Source: Candidatus Doudnabacteria bacterium (GTDB lineage: Bacteria; Patescibacteriota; Doudnabacteria; UBA920). From it: a stretch of 64,000 bases of DNA. Location of the stretch: assembly GCA_031291995.1 (NCBI GenBank), contig JARLHZ010000034.1:78915-142914 (forward strand), in the 5' to 3' direction. Positions within the stretch are counted from its first letter, which is position 1. Each line of letters starts with the position of its first letter. The notes under the pieces were generated by a model, which saw only the letters and a program-made list of their open reading frames with translations, had not been told where the DNA came from and searched no databases. A program made the translations under genes and the position numbers. Positions 1-9,137 of the stretch are shown piece by piece.

Positions 1-1310
1 GGGATTTTTACCGCTTCCGAAACTTTTTTCAAAAGCTCTAAATCATAACCTGATTTTGTGCCGTCCTTATCCATAGAGGTCAATAAAATTTCTCCCGCTC
101 CTCTTTTTTCAGCTTCTTTGGCCCAGTCGATTGCGTTTAATGAAGTTTCATCGCGGCCGCCCTTTAGAAATACTTTATATACGCCATCCTTCTTTTTTGC
201 GTCAATTGCTACCACCACGCATTGCCGGCCAAAAGCAAGCGCCGCTTCGGAAATAAATCCCGGATTGAGTACGGCCGTGGTATTAATGGAAATTTTGTCA
301 GCGCCTAATTGCAATAATTTGCGGATATCATAAACGGTCTTAATTCCGCCCCCGACGGTAAAAGGTATAAAGACCTCTTTGGCTACCTGGGCTACCATGT
401 CAAATAACGTCTGCCGTTTCTCATGCGACGCAGTAATGTCAAGAAAGACCAGCTCGTCAGCGCCTTCTTCAGAATATCTGCGGCCTAAGGCTACCGGGTC
501 GCCCGCATCCCGTAGGTTTACAAAAGATACGCCCTTAACCACCCTGCCGTCTTTAACGTCCAAACAGGGAATAATTCGTTTGGTTAAGTTTGATACAGGC
601 ATTTGAGAATTTAAAGCCTCGGCCAACGTTAGCCTGTTTTCATACAAAGTTTTGCCCAAAATGGCGCCAAAGGCACCCAATGTCTTTATTTTTTTCAGAG
701 ATTTTAAATCGGAAATTCCTCCGGACGCTATAACATTAAACCCTAAATTTACCAGTTCTTTTAAAACTATAAAATTTGGCTCGGTTAGGCTACCGTCTTT
801 TTCCACGTCCGTAAACAAGATTTCGGTTACCCCAAGGGTTTTGAGTTCTTTGGCAAAATCCAAATAATTTTTATCAACGGTTTCCTGCCACCCTTTTATC
901 GCAATTTTGCCTTTTTTAATTTCCAGCGCTACTACTATTCGCTTGCTGCCGAACTCTTTAATTAAAGATGATAATAGGCCAAAATCCGTTAATGCCTTGG
1001 TGCCCAAAACAGCACGCCGCACGCCGGAGTTTAAATATTTTTGCGCGGTATCTATATCGCGGATCCCTCCGCCGACTTCTATGGGAATTTTTATAGCCTT
1101 ACAAATTTTGGTAATCAGTTCCTGGTTGACCGGCATCCCTGTTTTAGCCGCATCTAAATCAATAATATGAAGCATGGTCGCCCCTTGCCGCTCAAAGTCC
1201 TGAGCCATGCCTAAAGGATCGGAAGAATAAATTTTTTTTGTGGAAAATTCTCCCTTAGTTAATCTTACGCATTCACCGTTCATTATGTCTATTGCTGGAA
1301 TAATTAACAT
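1..1310 (-). CDS. hisA/hisF: HisA-HisF fusion protein (ProFAR isomerase + IGP synthase cyclase subunit), 3' end beyond the window edge
   Basis: Manual translation from ATG 1310 gives [17 protein letters not shown]...EVGGGIR...IASGGI...LAEALNSQ with no stop, continuing into [24 protein letters not shown] (HisF ATG at 602; 708 nt apart, same frame). It is missing from the ORF track, consistent with no stop inside the window. Confidence 0.92.
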   Translation of the reverse strand, partial: MLIIPAIDIMNGECVRLTKGEFSTKKIYSSDPLGMAQDFERQGATMLHIIDLDAAKTGMPVNQELITKICKAIKIPIEVGGGIRDIDTAQKYLNSGVRRAVLGTKALTDFGLLSSLIKEFGSKRIVVALEIKKGKIAIKGWQETVDKNYLDFAKELKTLGVTEILFTDVEKDGSLTEPNFIVLKELVNLGFNVIASGGISDLKSLKKIKTLGAFGAILGKTLYENRLTLAEALNSQMPVSNLTKRIIPCLDVKDGRVVKGVSFVNLRDAGDPVALGRRYSEEGADELVFLDITASHEKRQTLFDMVAQVAKEVFIPFTVGGGIKTVYDIRKLLQLGADKISINTTAVLNPGFISEAALAFGRQCVVVAIDAKKKDGVYKVFLKGGRDETSLNAIDWAKEAEKRGAGEILLTSMDKDGTKSGYDLELLKKVSEAVKI

Positions 1311-1894
1311 AAATCGCAAAAGTTAGATAATAATTTCATTCCCCAAGTCCCTGATTTTTCCGGATGGAACTGAGTGGCATAGAAGTTATCTTTCTGCGCA
1401 ATGGCCGCAAAATCAACATCATAAGCGGTTTGGCCGATAACGTATTTTAAATCAGTCGCCAAATAATACGAGTGCACAAAGTAAAAGAAACTGCCTGTCG
1501 GAATTCCTGCCGTAAGCTTGGATTCTTTAATTAGCTCAACCTTATTCCAACCCATATGCGGGACTTTTAAGTCTGTTTGGAATCTTACTACCCGGCCGGG
1601 AATTATAGACAAACATTCGGTATTATCTTCTTCCGAAAATTCCGCCATCAACTGCATGCCTAGACATATCCCTAAAGTAGGAACTTTAAGTTTAGGTAAA
1701 ACTTTGGCAAAGCCGCTTTCTATTAGTTTTTCCATAGCGCTTCCCGCCGCGCCAACCCCGGGCAAAATAACCTTATCAAAAGCAGCCAAGCTTTCCGGTT
1801 TGTTTACAATCTCAAAAGACTTGCCAAGCGAAGTTAACGCGTTGGCCACGCTTTGTAAGTTACTCGCGCCGTAATCTATAATCGCGATTTTCAT
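1304..1894 (-). CDS. hisH: Imidazole glycerol phosphate synthase glutaminase subunit
   Basis: LPGVG, GICLGMQ, YFVHSY and QFHPEKS motifs; operon context. Confidence 0.97.
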   Translation of the reverse strand: MKIAIIDYGASNLQSVANALTSLGKSFEIVNKPESLAAFDKVILPGVGAAGSAMEKLIESGFAKVLPKLKVPTLGICLGMQLMAEFSEEDNTECLSIIPGRVVRFQTDLKVPHMGWNKVELIKESKLTAGIPTGSFFYFVHSYYLATDLKYVIGQTAYDVDFAAIAQKDNFYATQFHPEKSGTWGMKLLSNFCDLC

Positions 1895-2953
1895 TTATAA
1901 TGACCCTTTCGTGGAAGGTAGTATATCCTTTTGCCGAAAATCCTTATCAACCGCCATACGCAAAGCCTTGGCAAAAGCTTTAAAGATTGCCTCTATTTTG
2001 TGGTGTTCGTTCCTGCTGTATTTAACATTAATGTGAATATTGGCCTTCATTGTTTCGGCGACTGAACGAAAAAAGTGTTCTACCATTTCCGTTGGCAGAT
2101 CTCCGACTTTCTCTCTTTTAAAATCACAATTAAATACTAAATACGGCCTACCGCCCAAGTCTATTGCAACCTCCACAAGCGTATCGTCCATTGGCAATAA
2201 GAATCCATAACGTTTTATGCCTTTTCTTTCGCCCAATGCCTGTAATAGAGTCTGCCCCAATGTCAGCCCCACGTCTTCTATTGTGTGGTGGTCATCTATC
2301 TGTAAGTCGCCCTTGGCTTTAATTGTTAAATCAATCAGCGAGTGTTTGGAAAGCTGTTCCAGCATGTGGTTGAAAAAATTGATTCCCGTATCAACGCTAA
2401 AATTCCCTTGTCCATCCAGATTGCACAAAATAAAAACTTCAGTTTCTTTTGTGCCGCGCTCCAAGCTTGCGATTCTTGGAAATATTGAATTGGTTTGCAT
2501 GCCAAAAAACCTCACTCCGATATTTTTGGCAAATCCCGCGTCACTTTCCCTGTCTCCGACCATAAAAGATTTTTCAAAATCTATAAGTTCCTTTTGCAAG
2601 AAACTTTTCAATAATCCGGCTTTCGGCTTCCTGCAATTGCATTTATCTTTAGCAAAATGAGGGCAGGTAAATATTCCGTAAAATTCTACCCCTTCCTTTT
2701 TTAGCAGTTTCAAAAAGGCATTTTGCACTATTTCAAAATCTTTTTTTGGAAAGGATGTTGTACCCAGGCCGTCCTGATTGGAAACCATAACCAGCTTATA
2801 ACCTTGATTTATCAGATTCTGTAAAACCAAAATTACCCCGGGCAAAATTTCAAGTTTGTCCAGGCTGTCTACCTGCTCGGTATCAGGCGGTTCAATAATT
2901 AGAGTGCCATCCCTGTCCAAAAAGGCAATTTTTAACTGTTGTCCGAAATTCAT
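1895..2953 (-). CDS. hisB: Bifunctional histidinol-phosphatase / imidazoleglycerol-phosphate dehydratase (HisNB type)
   Basis: N-terminal HAD motif FLDRDGT and CPH...CxCRKP; C-terminal DDHHTIED and NEHHKIEA dehydratase motifs. Confidence 0.97.
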   Translation of the reverse strand: MNFGQQLKIAFLDRDGTLIIEPPDTEQVDSLDKLEILPGVILVLQNLINQGYKLVMVSNQDGLGTTSFPKKDFEIVQNAFLKLLKKEGVEFYGIFTCPHFAKDKCNCRKPKAGLLKSFLQKELIDFEKSFMVGDRESDAGFAKNIGVRFFGMQTNSIFPRIASLERGTKETEVFILCNLDGQGNFSVDTGINFFNHMLEQLSKHSLIDLTIKAKGDLQIDDHHTIEDVGLTLGQTLLQALGERKGIKRYGFLLPMDDTLVEVAIDLGGRPYLVFNCDFKREKVGDLPTEMVEHFFRSVAETMKANIHINVKYSRNEHHKIEAIFKAFAKALRMAVDKDFRQKDILPSTKGSL

Positions 2954-3990
2954 ATAATTGATGATAAATTTTTAATTAATAATTGATTTTGCTCCGGTGT
3001 ACCAGTGGAAATCCTGATGCAGTTTTCAAGTTTGGGTTTGGAATTAAAATCTCTTACAATAATTCCAAAATCTTCAGCTAATTTTTTTGCTATTTGCGAT
3101 GCGTTAGGATAACGAACCAGTAAAAAATTGGCTTCGCTGGGAAAAACTTCAAACCCTAATTTAGTTAATTCCAAAGCCAGTTTTTCTCTTTCCCTGAGTA
3201 TTAAAGTTTTAAATTCCAACATCTTTGGGTATTGCTGCAAGGCCTGTATAGCTATCTTGCTGGAAACACGGTTTAAATTATACGGCGGCTTAATTTTGTT
3301 TAAATATTCAATAGCAGTCTCCTGCGCTAGGGCATAACCTACCCGAATACCTGCTAATCCCCAGGCTTTGGAAAAGGTTCTAAGTATAATCAAATTTTCC
3401 AAACTTGATATTTTGCCGATTAAAGACGGTTTTGAAGCAAACTCAACGTAAGCCTCATCAACCACTACAATGCCGCGGAAATTGCCGCAAATTTTTTCTA
3501 ATTCTTCCGGCTGAATTAAAGTTCCGGTAGGGTTGTTCGGGGAACAACAAAAAATAATCTTTGTCTTGCTGTTTATTTGGGAAAGCAGGTTTGGAACATC
3601 CACTTGGAAATCGGAAGTCAAAGAAATATTTTTTACTGCCACCCCGGCAACTTCGGCCGCAACTTTGTACATCCCGTATGTGGGTTCCATTATTATAATT
3701 TCTTCGTCTGGCTCTACAAAAAGACGAATAAGCAAATCTATGGCCTCGTCCGAACCGTTACCCACAAAAATGTTTTTTTCCGAAACATCTAAAAATTTTC
3801 CCAATGCTTTGCGCAAATCAAGGGAGTAGGGATCGGGATAACGGTTAAGTTCGTTGTCGATTGATTCGTTAATGACGCTACCTAGAGAGTTTTCGTTAGC
3901 ATCCATAAAGACGCCTTTTTGATAAAGACTGCGAGCCGAACTATAAGGCTTAAAGCCTCTCAAATTGGAACGTATTAAATCGGTAATCAT
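2950..3990 (-). CDS. hisC: Histidinol-phosphate aminotransferase
   Basis: NRYPDP, GNGSDE, SPNNPTG, DEAY and RTFSKAWGLAGIRVG (PLP lysine). Confidence 0.97.
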   Translation of the reverse strand: MITDLIRSNLRGFKPYSSARSLYQKGVFMDANENSLGSVINESIDNELNRYPDPYSLDLRKALGKFLDVSEKNIFVGNGSDEAIDLLIRLFVEPDEEIIIMEPTYGMYKVAAEVAGVAVKNISLTSDFQVDVPNLLSQINSKTKIIFCCSPNNPTGTLIQPEELEKICGNFRGIVVVDEAYVEFASKPSLIGKISSLENLIILRTFSKAWGLAGIRVGYALAQETAIEYLNKIKPPYNLNRVSSKIAIQALQQYPKMLEFKTLILREREKLALELTKLGFEVFPSEANFLLVRYPNASQIAKKLAEDFGIIVRDFNSKPKLENCIRISTGTPEQNQLLIKNLSSII

Positions 3991-5282
3991 AAATTTTTCT
4001 TGAATCTTATACTTACGGCATTTTTGTGGGCATCAAGGCCTTCTTTTGCAGCCAGGACTTCAACCGTGGTTCTTAAATTTTTAATTCCTTCTTTGGTGAC
4101 TTGTTGAATTTGCATTTTCTTTCCAAAAGATTCTACGGAAAGCGCCGAGAACATTTTAGCATAACCGGAGGTAGGCAAGGTGTGATTACTGCCTGTGGCG
4201 TAATCTCCCAAAGGCTCGCTGGAATAATTTCCCAAAAATATCGAACCCGCGTTGTTTATTCTTTTCAGTATGGCATTCTCGTTCTTACAAACTATTTCCA
4301 AGTGCTCGGGAGCATAATCGTTAATTAAATCACAAGCTTCCGTTATGGTTTTTGTGATAATAATAAAGCTGTTTTTTAAAGACTGCCGCACAATCTGCAA
4401 CCGGGAAAGTTGCTCGGCCTGTTTTAAAACTTGATCGTAAACCTGTTTTGCCAAAGTTTCGGATAAAGTAACCAAAATCGCCTGAGAGTCTTCGCCGTGT
4501 TCTAACTGCGAAAGTAAATCCGCGGCAATCCAATCCGGGTCAGCGCTTTCGTCCGCTAAAACCAAAACTTCCGAAGGCCCGGCCGGCATATCTATGTCCA
4601 CCTCTCCATATACCATCATTTTTGCAGTGGTAACGTATTGATTCCCGGGACCAAAAATTTTTGATACTTTAGGTATGGACTCTGTACCGTAAGCCATGGC
4701 CGCAACAGCCTGTGCCCCGCCTACTTTAAAAATTTTTGATATACCGCACAAATCAGCTGCTATCAGCACCGCGCTTGGAACCTTTCCTTCTTTATTCGGA
4801 GGCACGCAAAGCACAATTTCCTTACAATCGGCTATTTTGGCGGGAATAGCTAACATTAAAACCGTGGAAGGATAAACAGCCTTTCCGCCGGGAATATAAA
4901 GGCCAACCTTTTCAATTGGGCGAAACTCCCGCCAGATTTGGACGCCTTTGGCGGTTGTGACTTTTTGTTCCTTAATTTGCACGTTGCTTTTGTGAAATTT
5001 TTCAATGTTAGTTTTAGCTACTTTTAGCGCCTTAACCAATTCCTTACTTTCTTGTTTATAAGCTGTAGCGATTTCTTGTTTAGAGACTGCCAGAACTTTT
5101 AAATCCGCCCCCTCAAATTTTTTGGTAAAAGCAAAAAGCGCTTTGTCCTTATTTTTTCGGACATCGCCAATTATTTTACTTACTACCGCCTCTACATTTG
5201 TTTTTTTGCTTTGCCTTTCCCGGATCATATTCAGTATGGTTTGAAAGGAATATTGCTTTGTAGATATAATTTTCATAAACAT
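3987..5282 (-). CDS. hisD: Histidinol dehydrogenase
   Basis: GLYIPGG, GPGNQYV, DMPAGPSE, QLEHG, APEHL and GSNHTLPT motifs. Confidence 0.97.
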   Translation of the reverse strand: MFMKIISTKQYSFQTILNMIRERQSKKTNVEAVVSKIIGDVRKNKDKALFAFTKKFEGADLKVLAVSKQEIATAYKQESKELVKALKVAKTNIEKFHKSNVQIKEQKVTTAKGVQIWREFRPIEKVGLYIPGGKAVYPSTVLMLAIPAKIADCKEIVLCVPPNKEGKVPSAVLIAADLCGISKIFKVGGAQAVAAMAYGTESIPKVSKIFGPGNQYVTTAKMMVYGEVDIDMPAGPSEVLVLADESADPDWIAADLLSQLEHGEDSQAILVTLSETLAKQVYDQVLKQAEQLSRLQIVRQSLKNSFIIITKTITEACDLINDYAPEHLEIVCKNENAILKRINNAGSIFLGNYSSEPLGDYATGSNHTLPTSGYAKMFSALSVESFGKKMQIQQVTKEGIKNLRTTVEVLAAKEGLDAHKNAVSIRFKKNL

Positions 5283-5902
5283 TAATTAATACCACACTTA
5301 AGTAAGAATTTTTCTTTAGCCTGCTTATTAATCGGACTTTCGATTAATACAGCTTGGGATTCTAAAATCGTGAATAACGGCACCAAATTATGCGCTTTTA
5401 AAGTAGTGCCGGTTTGTACTATATCGCAAATAGCATCTGCCAGATTCAAATCCGGCGTTATTTCCACGGAACCGGAAATGGGAATTATGGCCGCCTCAAG
5501 CTTTTCTTTTTTTAAATAATCGGTAAGCAGTTTCGGATAGGAAGTGGCGATCCTTTCTCCTTCCAAGTCCTTGGGGGTTTTTATAACGGAGTCTGCCGGA
5601 GCCGCTATCATCAGCCTGCATTTGCCAAAATCAAACTTTTTTAATATTTTCAGTTCAAATTCTTTTTCCGCGAGGACATTTTGTCCCACAATACCAAAAT
5701 CCGCCACGCCCCGGCTTACGTATTCCGGAATATCATCGTCCCTAAGATATAATACATCAAGGTCAAAATTTTGACAGGGCAGAATTAGCGAATGCCCGTT
5801 TGGAGCAAAAGTCAGCCCGCAAGAACCAAGGAAGTCCATACTGCCCTGATTCAGCCGGCCGCTTTTTTGAACGGCAATTCTTAGTCTTTCCGGAGTTTTC
5901 AT
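5282..5902 (-). CDS. hisG: ATP phosphoribosyltransferase, 206 aa, lacking the C-terminal regulatory domain
   Basis: RIAVQKSGRL, RDDDIP, IATSYP, GSVE and DIVQTGTTL motifs. Confidence 0.95.
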   Translation of the reverse strand: MKTPERLRIAVQKSGRLNQGSMDFLGSCGLTFAPNGHSLILPCQNFDLDVLYLRDDDIPEYVSRGVADFGIVGQNVLAEKEFELKILKKFDFGKCRLMIAAPADSVIKTPKDLEGERIATSYPKLLTDYLKKEKLEAAIIPISGSVEITPDLNLADAICDIVQTGTTLKAHNLVPLFTILESQAVLIESPINKQAKEKFLLKCGIN

Positions 5903-7191
5903 AATGAGCTATATCCTTTAAAGTAATTAATAATCTGGTCCTGCGGTATAGTTTTTTGCTTGCCGGTCTTCATCATTTTAATGGTTACCTCGCCGCGCTC
6001 CTTTTCGTCCGATCCGCACATTACAACAAAGGGTATGTTTTTTTTGTCCGCGTATTTTAACTGCTTTGCTATTTTGGCCGGTTCAAAATAGATTTCCGCT
6101 TTTAACCCCGCCGTCTGTATGTCGCCCAAAATTTTAAGTGAATCCGGCAATGTGGCCGCGTCAAAATAAGCTACCAATGCCTGTGAATTTAAGCTTATTT
6201 CGTCAAGCAACTTAAGTTGTTCCATCGCTACAATAATACGGTCAAATCCAAAGGCAACGCCCACCCCGCTGAATTTTTCAGGGCAAAAAAGCGAGCACAG
6301 GTCGTCATACCTGCCTCCGGCGCAAACGGCTCCGATGTCAACTTCCGGTATATAAACTTCAAAAATAACGCCGGTATAATAATCCAGGCCTCGCGCCAGA
6401 CTGGGATCAAAAACCAAAGCCTCATCCGGAATTCCAAATCCCTTGGCAATTTTCAAAAACTCCTGAATTTCAGTAGTGTTATATTTTTGAAACAAGCTTA
6501 ATCTGTCGTTTGAGCTGCCTTCTACGCATACTAATTCCAATAATTTTGAGGCCTCGGAGTCAGAAGCTAAAGACTTAAGCTCCTGTTTGATTTCGGGAAG
6601 GCTTAACTTATCCATTTTATCCAATATCCTAATCATACCGGCTTGGTTTTCGGCCGGGATGTTTAGGTCTTTCAAAATACTGTTGATCAATCTGCGGCTG
6701 TTAAACTTAATTTTAAACTTGGAAAAGCCCAAGGCGGTAAAAACCTCGGCCATTACTTTAGCGATTTCGGCTTCAGCCACCAGGCTCTGCGTGCCGATAA
6801 TATCTATGTCGCACTGGTAAAATTCCCTATATCTGCCTTTTGCAGGTCTGTCAGCGCGCCAGACTCTTCCAATCTGGTACCGCTTAAAAGGCATCGGTAA
6901 AGTTTTGTAGTTGGCGGCCACCACTCTGGCAAAGGGGACGGTTTGATCATAACGCAGGCAAATATCTCTATCGCCATTATCCTTAAAACGGTAAACTAGC
7001 TTGGATCCTTCTTCGCCATACTTGCCTAATATTGTTTCCGCGTATTCAATTGCCGGTGTTTCAATGGCATCGTAACCGAACTTCGTAAATACAGTTTTAA
7101 TTTTTTCCAAAACATAATCCCTCTTTGCCATTTGTTCGGGCAAAAAGTCCCTTGTTCCCTGTAATATTTTTGGTTCAATAAATTGGTTCAT
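5899..7191 (-). CDS. hisS: Histidine--tRNA ligase
   Basis: GTRD, LRYDQT, motif 2 RADRPAKGRYREFYQCD, ARGLDYY and GGRYD, plus a C-terminal anticodon-binding domain (QLKYADKK), so HisS rather than HisZ. Confidence 0.93.
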   Translation of the reverse strand: MNQFIEPKILQGTRDFLPEQMAKRDYVLEKIKTVFTKFGYDAIETPAIEYAETILGKYGEEGSKLVYRFKDNGDRDICLRYDQTVPFARVVAANYKTLPMPFKRYQIGRVWRADRPAKGRYREFYQCDIDIIGTQSLVAEAEIAKVMAEVFTALGFSKFKIKFNSRRLINSILKDLNIPAENQAGMIRILDKMDKLSLPEIKQELKSLASDSEASKLLELVCVEGSSNDRLSLFQKYNTTEIQEFLKIAKGFGIPDEALVFDPSLARGLDYYTGVIFEVYIPEVDIGAVCAGGRYDDLCSLFCPEKFSGVGVAFGFDRIIVAMEQLKLLDEISLNSQALVAYFDAATLPDSLKILGDIQTAGLKAEIYFEPAKIAKQLKYADKKNIPFVVMCGSDEKERGEVTIKMMKTGKQKTIPQDQIINYFKGYSSL

Positions 7192-7202
7192 AAAAAAATG
7201 TT

Positions 7203-7235
7203 AATAAAAATCCACCCTAATAACTTGGGTGGGAT
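7203..7235 (-). terminator. Intrinsic terminator between yerC/hisR and hisS (candidate attenuator)
   Basis: mRNA reads AUCCCACCC-AAGUUAUUA-GGGUGGAU-UUUUAUU. Confidence 0.7.
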
Positions 7236-7246
7236 GTTTTAAGGCT

Positions 7247-7546
7247 TTAATTCGTCTTAACACCGAGACGCTTAAGCACCAAACCATACCCACCCATGCC
7301 ATGATGCAGCCAATGGGCAACACGGGTAATAGTGGCGGTGCTGGAACCGGTTTGTTTACAAATATCCCTATAAGATTCCTGATTGGAAACTTTCTTGGCG
7401 ACCTGAAAACGTTCTGCCATAGCTTCAAGCTCGGCAATCGTGCATAAATCTCTGAAGAATTGTTTGCATTCTTTGGTGTTTTTGAGTTTAAGTATGCCCT
7501 GAAACAATTCTTCAAATTCTTTAGTATTTAACGACTTGTCTTCCAT
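7247..7546 (-). CDS. yerC: YerC/YecD family TrpR-related regulator (HisR-like)
   Basis: FFRDLCTIAEL...ERFQVA...SYRDI...STATITRVA HTH pattern; first gene of the his operon. Confidence 0.9.
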   Translation of the reverse strand: MEDKSLNTKEFEELFQGILKLKNTKECKQFFRDLCTIAELEAMAERFQVAKKVSNQESYRDICKQTGSSTATITRVAHWLHHGMGGYGLVLKRLGVKTN

Positions 7547-7563
7547 AAATATAACTGTTTTAA

Positions 7564-7615
7564 CGTGTTAATACACTAACACGATTATATTAGCAGGATG
7601 CTAAAAATTTGTCAA
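7564..7615 (-). promoter_or_regulatory. his operon sigma70 promoter with palindromic operator
   Basis: TTGACA (7610-7615), 17 nt spacer, TAATAT (7587-7592); perfect palindrome CGTGTTA-N6-TAACACG at 7564-7583 over the expected +1. Confidence 0.8.
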
Positions 7616-7619
7616 TAGT

Positions 7620-8966
7620 TTATTCCACGTAGACTTTTTTGTCTTTTATAAACAATTTTGTTTTTAGACATGATAGCAGTTCACGTTTTTCGTCTCTGCT
7701 GCCGTCTTTAAGTATGTGCTTGGCGTAAGCCTTGGTGTCCACCTGCGGCAGTTCAATGGCCGGTATGCCCGGCTGTCCTAAGACGCTTTTTATTAATGTT
7801 TGATAGCGAAATAGTTCTTTGTAGACCCGATCTTTAATTCCCAGCTGGTCAATCTCCAGCTTGTCTATAATATCCATCAGCTGGCTTAAAATTTCATCCT
7901 CTCTAATATACAGCTGATTGCAGGTCCGGTCAGAACCGCCAGTACAGTGGTAGTAGATATATCTCCGTATAGTTCCGTCTTTTAGGTTCTTGAATTTTTC
8001 CTCGGCAGTTATGCCCGATCCGCAGGCTCCGCAGGTAAATATTTTTGTGAAGCTGAACTCTTTGGTGCCGGGTTTGGATTTCGGTGCCGTAAGGAGTTGA
8101 CTTTGTACTTTATCGAATAGCTCTTTATTTATGAGCGGCTCATGGGTTCCTTCGTACCAGTTTCCACTTTTAAAGGGATACTCAAACATGCCGTAGTAAA
8201 AATTATTTCTGAGCATGACATAGACGTTACTCAGTGCCACCCGTTTGCCGGTTCTGGTCGTAAATCCCGCATCAGTATTTAACCAGTTTAAAATGTCCCT
8301 GCCGCTGTCGCCGCTGTAGGCAACCCGCTCAAAAACTTCCTTTACTATAGGTGCCCGGATTGGGTCTATTACTATCTTACCTTTATTCCTATCGTGGCTT
8401 AGTTCGTTATAATAACCTAACGGGGCGAGCCCGGGTCTGATTCCAAGTTCGGCTTTGTTTTTTAGTCCGCGTTTAACGTTTATGCCTCGATTGTCATTTT
8501 CCAGTTTTGCCTGGCTGCATAAAATCATCAGTAGGAATTTTTCGTTTGGTGAATTGCTGAATCGCTGGCCGTGGGTGCGGATTTCTTTCAGCAAACCTTG
8601 GTCCATTAAATCCACCAGCACGCCCAGGTCCCCGGCGTTCCTGCTAAGCCGATCCGGCGACCATGTTAGTATCCCAGCGAACATTCCGGTTCTAACATCT
8701 TGCAGTAGCTGGTTGTACACCGGCCTGCACCCGGATGCTTTTGCCGAATGGCTTTCTTTGCGAACTTCGGATATCACCAGATGTTCGCGTTCCGCTATGA
8801 GCATCATTTCTTTAATCTGACTGTCGATGCTCAGTGCTTGCCTTTCGTCGTCCTCCGAGCTTTTCCTTGCGTATAGGCAGTAGCTTGCCGCAGTCCCCAC
8901 GTACAGTGGCGGCGCGGCTATCTGGCTGGCCAGCCCTACCGCCTGATTTGTCATTATTCCTTGCAT
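7620..8966 (-). CDS. Large serine recombinase (resolvase + recombinase + zinc ribbon domains)
   Basis: YARKSSE catalytic serine motif, DRLSRN, HEPLI, CGACG and YYHC; SD AAAGGAG. Confidence 0.92.
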   Translation of the reverse strand: MQGIMTNQAVGLASQIAAPPLYVGTAASYCLYARKSSEDDERQALSIDSQIKEMMLIAEREHLVISEVRKESHSAKASGCRPVYNQLLQDVRTGMFAGILTWSPDRLSRNAGDLGVLVDLMDQGLLKEIRTHGQRFSNSPNEKFLLMILCSQAKLENDNRGINVKRGLKNKAELGIRPGLAPLGYYNELSHDRNKGKIVIDPIRAPIVKEVFERVAYSGDSGRDILNWLNTDAGFTTRTGKRVALSNVYVMLRNNFYYGMFEYPFKSGNWYEGTHEPLINKELFDKVQSQLLTAPKSKPGTKEFSFTKIFTCGACGSGITAEEKFKNLKDGTIRRYIYYHCTGGSDRTCNQLYIREDEILSQLMDIIDKLEIDQLGIKDRVYKELFRYQTLIKSVLGQPGIPAIELPQVDTKAYAKHILKDGSRDEKRELLSCLKTKLFIKDKKVYVE

Positions 8967-9137
8967 TTTGCTCCTTTCGTTTTAATGCTTTCCTACTACA
9001 AGGAATGACGCAAGGGCTATAGGAAGTCCAGGAAACAGAAGTAGATAACTTTCGCTCAAAAAGCCTCCAAAAACCTTCCGTATTCTCCGCACCGCTTACC
9101 AAAAGCTGAAAAAAATGCTAAAATTAAAGCACATTTT

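Noticed and set aside
58-1170. Plus-strand ORFs over hisA/hisF and similar antisense ORFs elsewhere
   Set aside because: They are shadows of well-supported genes on the opposite strand.
5899-7191. HisZ call
   Set aside because: The aminoacylation motifs and anticodon-binding domain are intact.
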